From Eutreptiella sp. 'Long Island Sound 2002' (Eukaryota > Protista > Euglenida), in the NCBI GenBank assembly GCA_964036045.1, contig OZ038378.1, positions 175,770,001 to 175,834,000 on the forward strand: a DNA stretch of 64,000 nucleotides, given 5' to 3'. The notes under the pieces are model-generated. The model searched no databases. It saw only the letters and a program-made list of their open reading frames with translations, and had not been told where the DNA came from. Positions within the stretch are counted from its first letter, which is position 1; the number at the start of each line of letters is the position of its first letter. A program made the position numbers and the translations under genes. Of the stretch, positions 48,019 through 61,271 are shown piece by piece.

Positions 48019-49723
48019 TTAGTCTGCCTAGCGAGGGTTGCAGCAGTCGGAGAAGGAGAAGGGTGCCCCTTATCCTGCTACCACAGTCCACATGGTCTCG
48101 CAACCCTGCGAACGCCGCTATTTGACAACATGCCACTGTCACTTGGCCAGGGCTTGTGCAATACAGACCTTTCGAAAATACTACGCAAGAGTCAGTGCTT
48201 CCACTGCCCAATTAGCGCTGGTCCTGTATTGGTCACGGGAGACTACTTGAGGCCGAGCGCTAATGACCGACCTAAAACAATTAGAGCGGTTGTAGATTCA
48301 GCTAAATTCAGTGCTGACAAAGTCCTTTGCCCCTGACCTGATCACCCAAAATCAGCAAAGCAGGACATGCAAATTCCGGCAGATGATCAAACTCCTCATT
48401 AGAAGGCCTCGGCAGCGGATGCATGAAGCCCCACGATAGAGCAGAAGCCTTTTTGGCCTCTGGGGGCCATGCGCATCTGCTTACATGAACATGATGACCG
48501 TTCGGAAACTGAGTGGACCAGTGAATAGTGGCGTTCCCGTCTCCCTCGTGCCAACAAGCCCACTTGCTTTTAAACAGCAGATCAGTGCCACATCAACACT
48601 GGCCCAATCAGTCTGATGCTTTCAGATTGTTTGGATGATCGGCTCAGTAAGGGCAATAAAATTATGACACCGTGAGTAAATGCAGGGTCAGCGATTCTGG
48701 GGCGTACGACGGCAGTGGCGATAGCAGTCAGGTAGGAGTGCGGACAGGGTGAGGGGGTACGGACAGGGTTCCCACCAGTGCTGGGATGCATGGAGAATGG
48801 GACTAGGGCTAGGGGTCAGGAAACCGGATGGGGTGGGTATGGCTGAGAAAACAGAAAGGGATAGAATCACCAATAGCACTGGTGGATGGTGTGAGGACAA
48901 GACTACGAGTCGGGCTCAAGCTACGAACCAGATTACAAATGTGACCATATGAGGGGCAATTACAGAGAGGATAGAAATGCGGATAGGATAGAGGCTAGCT
49001 CTTCGGCGAGCAACAGGCCCATCATTAGGACTGGGTGGGGGGGGGGTTGTACCAGGATGGGACTTGGCTAAGGGCTAAGGATTGGACTTGGGCTAGGGCT
49101 CCAGCTCGGGACAGGGGCCGAAAGCATGGGTCGCAATTGTTGCTGCTGCGCCCTGTCGTCTTGCACCACGTAACGCAGACTCCTCTGCTTCGCTGAAAAC
49201 GTTCCTTCAGCCCGAGGCCGTGTTCCCAGGGCTGAGATGTACCACAGAGGAGCACACACAGGAGCCTGGGCGAAACTTTGGCCAAAAACATCTGTGAAGA
49301 CAGTCGGTGAAGGGGACCAGCAGGCAGCATTCACAGGTGCAGAGTAGGCCCAAAGATCGGACTAACCGGACCTGTACCCTTTAGGGGGGGGGGGGGGTCC
49401 TCGCCATCGCTCTCCTATCCATGGGCCTGGGCACCTGTCGTCTACTATCTTGGTTGGGTCAAACCTTGACGACCTGGGCGTTACCCCAAGATTGGTATCG
49501 CAAATGATCAGCTTACCAAGATGACCTATTGTGAGGTAGAAGCCGTGTCATCAAAAAATGTGTCGAAACCCTACCCCTTTCACACCCGTCATGCCAGGAC
49601 GCGGTGGCCACCGTTGATGGCCCAGCTCTCCAGGCTTGTTTTCCAACCCATCCGCCCTTAACTCGGGGCTGCCAGCAGCCCCTAAGCAGTCAGATGTATC
49701 ACTGCCCAGCAGCCCCTCAGCTC

Positions 49724-52700
49724 TCAAAACTGATACATGCGCACTTGTGACAGGAGCTCCATCAGCTGCTGCACCAATGAATGGCTCTGACCGTGGGTCA
49801 CCATCAGGATCTCCGAAGCCTTATTGAGGGACTTGTATGCAATTTCCGTGTGCTGCAGATACCACGCAAGCTTACCATGTGTAAAATACTGCAGGCCAAC
49901 CATCGGATGGGCCTCACACACTGACAAAAGCGAGGGAAGCATGAAAATATGTCACGGTTAAGAGCAGGGAGGGTTGAGGTTGCAGAGTTCCGGCAAACAC
50001 ACACCACACTGACGTGACAAACCATAGAACCTGACGTTCCATAATCGAGCCATACATACTGCCCTGCCATAGTCAAACGACAAGCACCACCCTCCTGCGG
50101 ATAAGGCATGTGTCAACCTTCCGGTGGACAGACCATATGCATCACCCTGCAGTCAACAAACCACATATTCTACCACCATGTACAATCACACTACTGTAGT
50201 AGGCAGACCATACATACGACCCTCCAGGAGACCAGTCAGCTGTTCTAACGCTCCCAGGGGAGCAGGCGCTGCAGCGGCCAACCACTGACTACCTTGTACA
50301 TCTGTTCGTATTCCTGCTGGGATGTGAGAGGGATGATGCCTTCGGGGGGGGGGGGGGGGGGGCAATACACATACTAGTCACATGGACTATTCCGATCCAT
50401 CAACACTGTCTACACTCCAGTCGACACATCGCACATACTGTTGTCCTATACCATGTTTGACTTTGCGCAGACAAGCCATACACACTGACCTTCCGGAGAT
50501 AGACCATGCGTGCCCTCCCATAGATGAATCATCTCTACTCCCCTGTCAACAAACCATTTCTTCATGGCATTGTGCAAATTCACACATCTCAGAAGAAGCA
50601 CTCCAAACCTGGCCACGAAGCAACCAAACAAAACAGAGAGACCCTGGAACAGAACGGAGGGGGGTAGCCTGTTCGAATATAGACACTCTTTTGGGGGCCC
50701 GAAGGGGGGGGCGTTGGTGCAGGGGGGCTGGAAGGGTGCCCAGGGGACATGACAGGGGGGGAGGGGAATCAGGCAGCTCCGAACAGTTGGGTGAGCAGCC
50801 CAGGTGGCCTGACTCATGCACCGCCCCTAACCCTGGACTGGCCACCATATTGGTAGTGACATGCTTGCTCTGAGGTAGTTATAGAGTGAGGCACACAACA
50901 TGGGGTTTTTGATACAGAAATGAGTGGGGGAATGCATCATGCACATCAAAAACCCACCAAGGCACCAAAGGATCCTCATTGGCGTCCCGGGGGGCGGGAA
51001 GATCATCAGACAGACCAATGTGGTCCCCCAGAGGCGCCAAGTGCAGGGCATTGGACTCATCCTACGCAAAATATGTATTTTGAGCATTTTGAGTGTGCAC
51101 ACTTAGGGTGGAAAAACATGTTTACCCAATGCCGTATGCCTGGAACAATTTCTTCGGTGCCAGCATTTTTCCCCAAAACCTTAAATGGCAGAAATGAGGG
51201 TGCAAGAACTTTGGGGGGGGGCGGGTGTCTATATTTGAACGGATCGCCCCCCTCGGATAGAACCATTGCGGACATCAGTGTGACAAGGACTTCGAGAGAG
51301 AGGGGCGAGTATGTCGGGTGGTACTTCTGGGTGTACGCACCTGCTCACCTTTGGAGGAGGGAATCCTGGGTGTGGATGTGCGGGCTTGTTGGGCAGGTGA
51401 AACACTGCGATCTGACATGTTGCTCCCTTGGCCTTTGCTAGATGGCAGAGAGTGTCCTCAGGGGCACTAAAAGCCTGACATTGGTGGAATTGTGCCACAT
51501 GCACCAAGTTACAAGGCGGAACGGGCAGAATAATTACCTGTTTGCCTGAACATCCGCCAGTTCTAGGTACAGGGTGCACAATCCTCCGGTGTGAGCCCCT
51601 GCGGAGTCTCCAGGGGGGCATCCCACTGGTGTACCCTACCTTGGGCATCCACGGCCTGGAACCATGAACACCAACGTACAGCATGCAGAGGTGAGACTCC
51701 GCCAAAAAGTGCACCCACACGTGCACAGCACAGACCAGCAGCACACCTGAATATACGTACTCATAGAACAGAAGTGAGCGACTGCAGTATTTGAATGCCG
51801 CATCATAGTCCTGTAACTCAATGCAACTTTGAACCAGCCCATCAAGTGTCCAATGTGTAAAAATATGACGAGGACCCAATTTACCTGCAGAGCGCAAGAC
51901 AAACATTTGTCCAGACACATGCCCACACTGAAACATGCTCTCAGCCCAGGGTGCACATCATGCACAGAGAGAGAATTTTGCACACCTTTTTGCAACTGCA
52001 TCGCCTTTGTATACTGCTGGAGAGCCGTAGTGTAATCGCCCGAATCTCTGCACTTGTTGCCTGCTGCCAGACACGCACTGCGGAAACAGGGAGGTATGTG
52101 CGATACAGTCGCCGGCTGGACAAGGCTGTGGCCATGAAATTGCGCAGCATGGTGCACTTGGATAAGCAAAGGGGACACGAAAATTGAGAATCAGAGGCCT
52201 GTTATCATGCCAGATAGCTGGTCTCCCACTTGTTTAGAGTCACTTTTTGTAATACATCAACCATTTCGAGTGTACCACAGACATGGAACATGAACCACTG
52301 CCCCGCATGACAAGAAACACGATGTCGCAGCCCTGACAGTCACACACACACAGGGTGTGAGTGTGCAAAAACTGTCAATCAACAGTCACTGAAATCCAGT
52401 CATCATAAATGAGATCTCGATTCGCCAATGTAGGGACCCCTGGACGAAATTTCTGCCGGATCTTGCAAGAAGAGCAGAAAAAGGTAGAAAGAAAGAGGAG
52501 AAGGAAAAGAAATGAACAAATACGATTGCGGAGGGTGGAGAACTAATTAGGGCAAGCTAGGCGAAGGTGTAGGGATGATTACGGGGAAATGAAAATTTTG
52601 AAGAACACAAAGATTTGCAAAATGAAAACAGGTGATCGTGAGAAAGCCCTGAACCTAATCCTCATGAACGCCTTGCAAAAGGCTGGGCAATTCCTCATTT

Positions 52701-55700
52701 CTTCTGATGCATGAAACCTGGGTGTTGCACATGTGCACCAATAGGTGACCCGTAATATGTGCAGAACGTTGTTCCAATTTTAGCCCTGATGCTTAACAAC
52801 GAATGTGGTTTTATGTTGTGGCAAAAGCGTCGTATTGCCCAGGGATCACCAACAAACTGGACAAATATTGGTATCTGCCAACCAATGTCCATCTAGCCTG
52901 GTGAGCGCAATTCTTGTTGTGGATCAGGCTCCGTGCATTTTCTGGGGAAAATCATTGCTCTCTGATGTGTCCACCCCCAAAACGTTTCAAGTTAAGGGAA
53001 TGCAGTTTAACAGACAACTTGAAACTCACAAAAAATTGCATCGTGCTTTTTGCACATAACTCTTTGAGCCACAGCTTCGCAATTTTGGATCCCAGCAGCA
53101 CATTTGTGGCATCTATTGTCTGCCCCCAGGCCATGGCATCATCACAGCTGCCTCTTGTGCATGTACAGGCGCAGACAGCTCCCACAGAGGTTTTTGACAG
53201 ACATTTTGCGTACGCGTGCTGTGCATACTACTCCTCACCTTTTGTAGGCCACGGCCTCGTTTCGGCTGAAGTACGCGTGGAAGTGTTGCACACAGCTGCA
53301 TATGGCTGCACACAGCATCAAGGTACCTCAGAAGTGTCAACTGCTGCTGCTCGGCCTTGCACAAGGGGTTCACAGCCTCAGACAAGCATCCCAAATCTAC
53401 ATCACGCACACCCCCATCGGTGCAAACGTTGCATGCACAGTCAAAAAAGTAGCGATGCTTCAGCTCCTGCTTGCGTGTGTCGGTAGTTGCGGCCAACTCA
53501 ATGTAGCTGATGGTCACCTGTGTTCCAGACGAGTGTCAGAGGCATAGAAGAGCCCTTCGCAGCTTTGCCGTTGCTCCTGTCCCTTGTCAGGGTCAGAAAG
53601 TACCTCCGCCCCGATTTGACACGCGTGCCACGTAAGACACTCCCTTGAGGCCATGGAAAGGTGAAACTACTGTACTGTACCGGAATACTATTTCTGCGTT
53701 GGGTGTTTTGAATTTCATCTAAGGAAAATCAGGGAAAATTTTTTTTGCGATTTTTTCTCTGCGGAAATCAGTTTGATTGAGCTGTTCTTGGTTGACAGAG
53801 TCAATTTTTTTTTGCATTTTTTTGCTCTTGGGCATCAAATGGTCGGTCGGCTGAACTGGATGTCCCCACCATAGACAATTCCAGCCAATGTTCAGAGCAA
53901 GTTCTCAGCAGGCTCGCAACCCATCTGGGTTTTTGCTAGGCAACTGTCCTGGTGCTTCCGCCCTTGTTCGCTTGCTGTCCTCCCTTATGTACAGTTGTCC
54001 ATTACCATGCCGTTTACTCAAGCGGCTGTGGTGCTGGCTCTACCGGGTGAGTGGCGTACATTCTGGTCAGGGGTCAGTCCCTTGGTGCATAACGCTGGCC
54101 CCACTCGGCCAGTACCCCTGGGGATATCGTGTTGGGTCCTTAGGTTGAAAAACCCAGTGGGTTCAGGCTCGGTTAAGGTCAATTACACACAACCATACAG
54201 TGCTGGGGTTTCGGGGGTTTGTTCATGTCCTAGTGGGCAGTTCCTCACAAGGGGTTCACTGCATGGGGGATCTCTGAGGGGTGGTAAGACGTGGTCCTTC
54301 CGTATCGCAGGAAATGGTGGACGCCGTGTCCACATCACTGTGTGACCCAAAGGACGCGTCCCTCATCTGAAATGTCGGAGGGCTGGGGGGCACATCGGCC
54401 ATTGGGACAAATTGCAGGGTTTGTAACAGGCATACCGAGGCTTCTGGTGACATCGGAGAAGCTGTGGCGTCCGGAACATGCGGTGCGCTGGCCCAACTAC
54501 TGTGGGTGTTTGGAAATGATCCAGCCCCCGTTGGGGGTTTCCGCTGGCTGATCTGGCCAACCGTCTACAAATACTGTATATAGGTTCAAATTCTCGGACA
54601 GGGGGGGGAGCATGGTTTGCTTCTCTTGTGCAGCCGTACCAGCGTACATGCCTCCACGTCCACGAGCGGTGTTCAACCGCTCGGTTCTGTGGGTACTCGT
54701 GGGGTATGCCTCACCGGTGTGCTCAGTGCATCTCCGGTTGCCGCACTGGGGTGGTTGGGGCTCCTGAACTCTCTTCGTCTGCTGGTTCCCCTTCATTGAC
54801 ACCCAACAGTGACTGCTCATCAAATTCCTCCTCCCCATCCTCTTCTACCTCCACCCTGCCAACCATGTTCACAGAAATATGGCCAAACAGGAGTGGGGAT
54901 TTGCGGCGCCCCACATCCGCTAGTTCATCGGCTTTGTGGTTACCCCTGATTCCTACATGCGACGGCACCTGAAGCCAGTGCATATCCTTTCCACAGACTT
55001 TAAGCAAGGATAGGATTTCTTCCCACAAGTCCACGTGGCTCACTGGCCCATTCGACCCCACACACTGATGCCGTTTCTATTTCTGCGCTTTCCCCAACGC
55101 CCCATCCACCACCAGCAGTGAATCTGGGCAGATGAGCGTTTGTTTTCCTGGCGTTTTTTTGCTCTTCGGGGGGGGGGGGGGGGGGCTGTTTCACACATTT
55201 CAGTGCTGCTGGACAGGACCTGGGGTACCTTGGAATCTGGGATTGCAGTCCATTCCTACACAGGCACACCAATGTGCATCAGTTGGACTCTTGTCGTGCA
55301 GTCCACAGCACAGGCAAGCACCAACAAGCAACAGTATTGGATGATTCAGGCCTACCAGATTTGTCCACCAAACCGGTTGTAAATTCGTCCACTGTAGTGC
55401 ACACGGCCCTACCACTTCTTCACAAAACGGGTTTGCACATTCTTGGACGATAGAGCACATGACACAGAAAGCGCTGCAGGAGATTACAACAAGGGGCAAT
55501 ACAGTACTGTAAAGGGCTACGAAAGAGAAACAAAACGGACACAGATTGCCGACATGTGTGGAGCAGATGCATGCATCTAGCCAGGTGTTTACACGGGATG
55601 GACTCCAGTGTACACACTTCGTAACAGGTGTTATTTGCAGACACATGTTGCAGACCCGATGCTTCGTTCAATTGCGGAGCCCTGATGGCGCAGGCACACA

Positions 55701-58700
55701 GGTGCCTTAGACAAGACTGCTGGGAGATCCTGTGTCGTTTGACGGGAACAGAAAGGAAAAGAGGCTCCTGACGGCCCTTCATGGGCTTCGCTGTAGCACT
55801 TCTGTTTGATTGCTTCCCATCCCCCCACCCCATCCCCCACCAACCACCATCTATGCGACAGTTGCAGCGACACAACAGGATGGCCCACCGGGCAACCAAT
55901 GACCACACCTCTTCGCCAGCGTTGATGCGCTTCGTTGCCCGAAGAAACAATTTTGGTCCATCAAACACCACCACGGCATTGGGAGCGCAGCTGTGATTCA
56001 GTGCGGTGCTAACAAGGTAGACCCCGGCCCCAACAGGCTGCAGATCCGAGTTCAAGAGATTGAAATTGTTCGCCTCGAACTTACAAAAGGCCGAGACCAC
56101 AGCCCGCATGTTGTCACAGATGGGCAGTTCTTCACCTGGAGAAACGAATGTTGTGCACCCCTGAACCCCACTGACATTCCCAAGTGCCGCCTTTGAGCCG
56201 TTGAGCAATGGTCCTATCCTTCCTGATGCAGCCCAAGGAACCCGACTCTGCATGAAGTAAGAGTTGGTAAACAATACAGATACAAATGTACCCAAAAAAT
56301 TCCGACTTTGTTGCATGAATTGTTGCATGCCACCTCTAGCCTTCATTTCTCACATAGAAAACGGACAGAAAACTGATAAAAAGCGTTGCCCAGCTTGGTG
56401 CGCCCTCTCATCTTGACAGCTTTGCCAACGCAACATGCACCATACCATAGTCTAGAACAGCATATTTTGACTCTGCCTGTCCCACATGGCACCTAGGCAG
56501 CCCACCCAAGCAATTTGGCATCTCTATGTACCTCAGGAGAGCACGCAAGGATGGAAACTGAGTTACACCAGCGTTTTACATCGTGTTACTGGGTGTTCTA
56601 ATAAAACCAGCATCTTAAAAATGAGGGGCTTCCCCAAAACGATGGGGTGGCATCTGTAGGCTTCATTGGGCTCTCAACCTAGCATTTCCCAGTATTTTGG
56701 GCTCGAAGGCATGGGACAGGCACTTGGATACCTTCAAGCCAACCCACCCTATCCTAACTACTCTTCTCTACCCCCCCCTCACGCAAATACACCCCACTTG
56801 TTCTACTTTCATTGCATTCAAGACATGGGGTTGAACCAAACATGCAGGAACAAGATGAGATTTTACTGCCCAGCACACAGCATCAGCGTATTTGTCGGAG
56901 ACAGAGAGACAGATAGACAAACAAATAGATAGCGTGAATAGAGAAAAGCCATGTACGGCCAATAGGCATTCGAGAAGAACTGCGAGCGGTGAAGCAGAAC
57001 TGTTGCGTTTTGCACTTAGCCTGCGCCCGCACTCAGCTGCACCTGACACATATCAAGATGTATTTTTGCATAGCAAGCTTGGAAAAGTGATTGCTCAGTG
57101 CCATGAAATCCAAGATCACTGGTGAAGTCAGCTGAAATGCAAGTTTTGCATTAAAGAGCTATGGACACCACAAACCGACGCGGCTTGGGCAAACCAAGTA
57201 TCCCCCAAACATGTCCTTCTTAGGCCACTTGAAGAAGCTGCACTTGCTTCATGACATAGAGGGAAACAAACGCACCGCGCGCACCGCGCATAGCACCGCG
57301 CGCGCACCGCGCGCTCGTTTTTGGGTTGCTGTTTTATGCACTTCTGGCTGATTTTCAGTGTGGCAGAAACACGGTGGCTTCAGGGGTTCACATACAACAA
57401 CGGAGGCCTCCACTCCATCCTCCTCACCATTGCAATGGTGGTTGTAGCTGCCCACACCCCCTGCCGGGGGGGGGCGTTGAGCTCAAAGAGACCTCCTCGG
57501 CACGGCCCACCACCGAGGAGGGTGCCCCGCATGGGTGCCCAAACCTGCGGAGCATTCGTTTCGACACGTTTCGCGTTTCGAACCTCACGGGGTGCTCATT
57601 CCTGTGAGGTGCCCCATAGGGTGCCCAATCCTATGAAGCATTCGTTTCACAATGTTGGGGCATTGCACAAGAATAGCAAAAAAAGAGATGTGAGCTGTAA
57701 TGCAAAGAACCAAAGGAGTGAAGGTAGCCAATCTGAAAAGTAGGATTCAGCACCTTGGTTTCTGCGGTGCTGGGCTCACAACTCCACACCCATCATCGTC
57801 AGGGGCGACGGTCTCCGGGTGTGCCTGCCCTTGCCGAAGGAGGTGGATGATCACAAATTTTTGATCCCGCTGCCCTCCCACAAGCTGTACTTATGCTTGT
57901 GGGAGAGTGGTGTTTACAGCCCGCAGTGACTAAATGAAAAAATGGTGGGTTAATAAAACAACACGCGCCAAACCGTGCGCACCGCGCGCACACCGCGCAT
58001 AGCACCGCGCGCACCGCGCGTTCGTTTCCCTCATAGAGTTGTGCAATTTGCAATCATTCTCCCGTGGAGAACAGTCATGCTTTTGGGTCAAAATGGGTCT
58101 ATCTATACATGAAAATTGCTATCAAAGAGGGAAATTTGCTAGAGCCACGTATCAGACGTTTTTGCTGGACGGAGTAGTTTTGCTGTCATGTGCCGTAGTT
58201 AGATACAATACAAACCCATCGTCGTTTTTCAGCTAAAGCCATGTGCTTCACATGCACAGGGCAGCGACACAGACCCACCGCTGCTTGTGCTGTGCCGAAC
58301 GCTTTTTTTGTATGGTGCTCTGCACCATAAAATATGGTGCCCTGCACAATATAAAAAAATCCTACAAACAGCAAATAACTAGAGATGACATTCAACCCAG
58401 CCGTTCCCATGCAAATATGGTATTTTGTCTCCAATAGCTTGATTTCACCACGGGGCTCCACATTTGTCAAACCGGCAGGCGTGGATTTTGTTGGAAAAAT
58501 GTACATAATAGCGCTGAACCATGGATTTGCCCGCAAAATATACATCATGGTACCTCTACAATGCGAAGCATTGCATGTGGGTGCAAAGCACCGTGCACAG
58601 GCCACAACACAATTGAAGATAGCAGTTGAATTGCAGTCGTGGATGACGTCATCCGAAGATGGCTGTCATGATGTCTATGTGTACTCTGTACGCCCTCCAT

Positions 58701-61271
58701 GTCATTAACCGTCACACGGCGCCCCTGGAAATATGCCCGCCCTTAACACTCTGTGATCCCCACTTGTTCATCCCCCCACCCCCCCAGCCCCAGCAAAAAG
58801 AAAATAGTCCCTGCGTGTTCTAATATCAGGACTACCAACCATGTCAACCACCAATCTCTTGCAGTCAATGTTGCCATCAAAATGACTGCCCTGAAGAGTA
58901 AATTCGCGTGGTCACACTCGCTTTTTGCTGGGTATGTTAGTGGGTTATGTTCAATTTTGGACGGGCTAGCTTGGAGCTCCGCCACCATCAATTTTCTTCA
59001 TCACGTGCTGAAAAAAATAACTACTAAATCTAACACTGCCACTTCTGATGATTTAAGCCCAGAGGCTAACGGATGGCTCATTGGACACATTAATTTTACA
59101 AAAGCACCTTCAAATTGGGTCCCTAGTGCAGTCCAGAAGCCCCACCTTCCATCTCCACGGCATGTCCAAATGACACCTTTGAAAATGGGACCCACAAAAA
59201 TAAAAATTTGCCTTTTTGACCAAACTGCCGAACCCCACCGCATGTAAATAGTATCCAGCCCGCCTTCACGGATCCAACTACTGCATGAAAAATGCGTTGG
59301 GATAGAGGTGGGTTGCGGTTCAGGGTGGTGATCAACTTGCGAGTACATACAAGAAAAAATGTGTAGCGTGAGAAGAAAAGAAAATTCAAAAATGACTCTT
59401 GGTTGATGTTGTGCTATGGACCACATCAACCAGGGCTGATCTTGCTGCTTCGTACTTAATTTATCATTTTGACTTCCATTTCCCCCAAATTTGGTCCCCA
59501 TTTCTTTCCGTCAAATCACGGCAACGAAGGGTGACAAGTAGATTTCCCGTCAAGAACGATGGTGAAACACACTTCCTTTGCTTGCACTTTCCCTAGCATG
59601 GGGGGCAACTGCCGTGCAAAAGGGGCAAATTGCCCATACTATCTGGCGCCTGGATGGTTTGCTTAGCACAATTTTCTGCCTCTCTTGGTTCCTTGCTGCT
59701 GGGCCTTTCAGATGCGGTGATGAGGGTTATTGAGGGTCCGTGAAGGGGGGGCAAGAGTTAATGGACATGTTGAATGTGACACGCACGTCGACGCGCTGGG
59801 GGATGCTCGAAGCTGCCCAGCCCTGGCTCTGTAACCAGGCGGGTGTTTATCTGCCAGTGCACAAACAGCACAGAAATTCGATTTGTGCACCGCGGAGGGA
59901 ATAGATGTGCAGGTTACAAGCGACTGTTTTTCAGGGGCGTGCAATACCTGCCAATCGGCAATCGCGCACAAGCTTCGACATCTGCGCATACCGGCTCCTG
60001 TGGTCTTCATCCATGGCCTCCTGGTGCGAAACCAAGTTCTCAAAGGCTGCACAAACTGCAGGATGACGAAGGTCAGGAGGAAGTGGATCCCCGGTGCCGC
60101 CGCTGTTGAGGTACACCCACTCCAGCCTGCACATCTTTGGACCCCAGAACGACAAACACTGTGAGGCATGAAGCACATTTGCCGCCTTGCCAAAAGGGAG
60201 TGCAAGACGCAACGTAAACCCTTGGAAACTGACAGTCGTAGCGGTTGAACCAGGAAACAGAATCCGTCTGCGGCGTTGAGCAGCACAAAGACGCAATGCA
60301 CACAAATCGGCTTCGCAGTGGGCCCTTGAATTGGTGGCCGGCGGTAAATCTGCCGGAAACTGGCTGACCAGAACGCCCCCATCTGCCTACGGCAAACTGC
60401 AAACAAAATGCACCAACTTGGGAAACCACCTGCGACGCTGCATAAGATTCAGCCTACAAAAACGGGTTACAACGGTAACGGTAGCCGTCAAAACAGGTTA
60501 TGTGGTACCACGCCAGCTCAACAGAGCAACTGATGAAACATTACATAATCTTCGTCACGAATGGGGTTGCAAAAAACTTTTCACCCCCAAGCATAACAGT
60601 GGGAAGAGAAATTTCCAGTGCCTTTGGTGCCAAGTTTTGTCAACCCACTTGCCTCACAGGGTTCTGGGTGTGAGGCAAGGCCATGCAGCAATGCAAAATG
60701 GGACCGCGGCAGGGCAGAAACGGTTGGGCGCGTGCGGGAGGTGAGCCAATTGCCCAGCACCAAACTCCCACGTCTTGGCACACAGGCAGACAGACAGACA
60801 GACATCTGTGTTGTGGGCTTAAACTAGGCGGAACAGCTGACATGCCCTGACGAGACCTTCACCCAGAGGGTTGCACCCTTGCCCAGCACATGGATGCGGG
60901 ATGTGCAAACCACAAACGGATGCACTTGCCTGCCTGCCTGTCTCTCTTTCTGCCGGTCTGCCCGTCTGCCAACCTGATGTTCTGTCCCAGACAGTGTCTG
61001 CCTGCGTGTTACCTGAAGGCGCAGGGTGTGTGAACAGCGAAGGCAATGAGGCAATGGACAAATTGGTTTTGCACTACCCGGGACGAAACAGCTTTTCGAG
61101 TGTTACAATGCGACACTTACACCTGCTGGATCGCCCTTCTGCTCCTCATAATCCAACCGCCGCAACACCCGCAACATCAATCGAAGGGTGGCTGTCGGTA
61201 TATTGGGACGCACTTTGCGGATACTTTGGCACTCCTTCATGTGCCATAGTCGATCAGATTTTTGGCAGTCG
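49724..61271 (-). CDS. SMYD-like: SMYD-family SET and MYND domain lysine methyltransferase (5' partial)
   Basis: Exons (-): 61271-61123, 60055-59948, 56135-55909, 53517-53327, 52077-51986, 51884-51747, 49920-49724, phase-consistent GT-AG. MYND end DCQK..LWH.KEC, LRLMLRVL, LVSH..Y.QM..LV, NHSC.PN, GEEVTISYI, YFFDC.C.VC, C-terminal VTHG.SHSL. N-terminal SET half and first MYND half not located. Confidence 0.9.
54256..55155 (-). mobile_element. 5'-truncated retrotransposon fragment (probably non-LTR) with RNase H1 domain
   Basis: TLICPDSLLVVDG..K*KRHQCVGSNGPVSHVDLWEEI..HWLQVPSHVGIRGNHKADELADVG, with an in-frame TAG at 55077-55079, followed by an acidic and Pro/Ser-rich tail; ends approximate. 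Confidence 0.75.
57260..58031. mobile_element. 772-bp MITE with short TIRs and GCACCGCGC subterminal arrays
   Basis: AGGGAAACAAAC...GTTCGTTTCCCT; CATAG on both flanks (57255-57259, 58032-58036). Confidence 0.75.
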
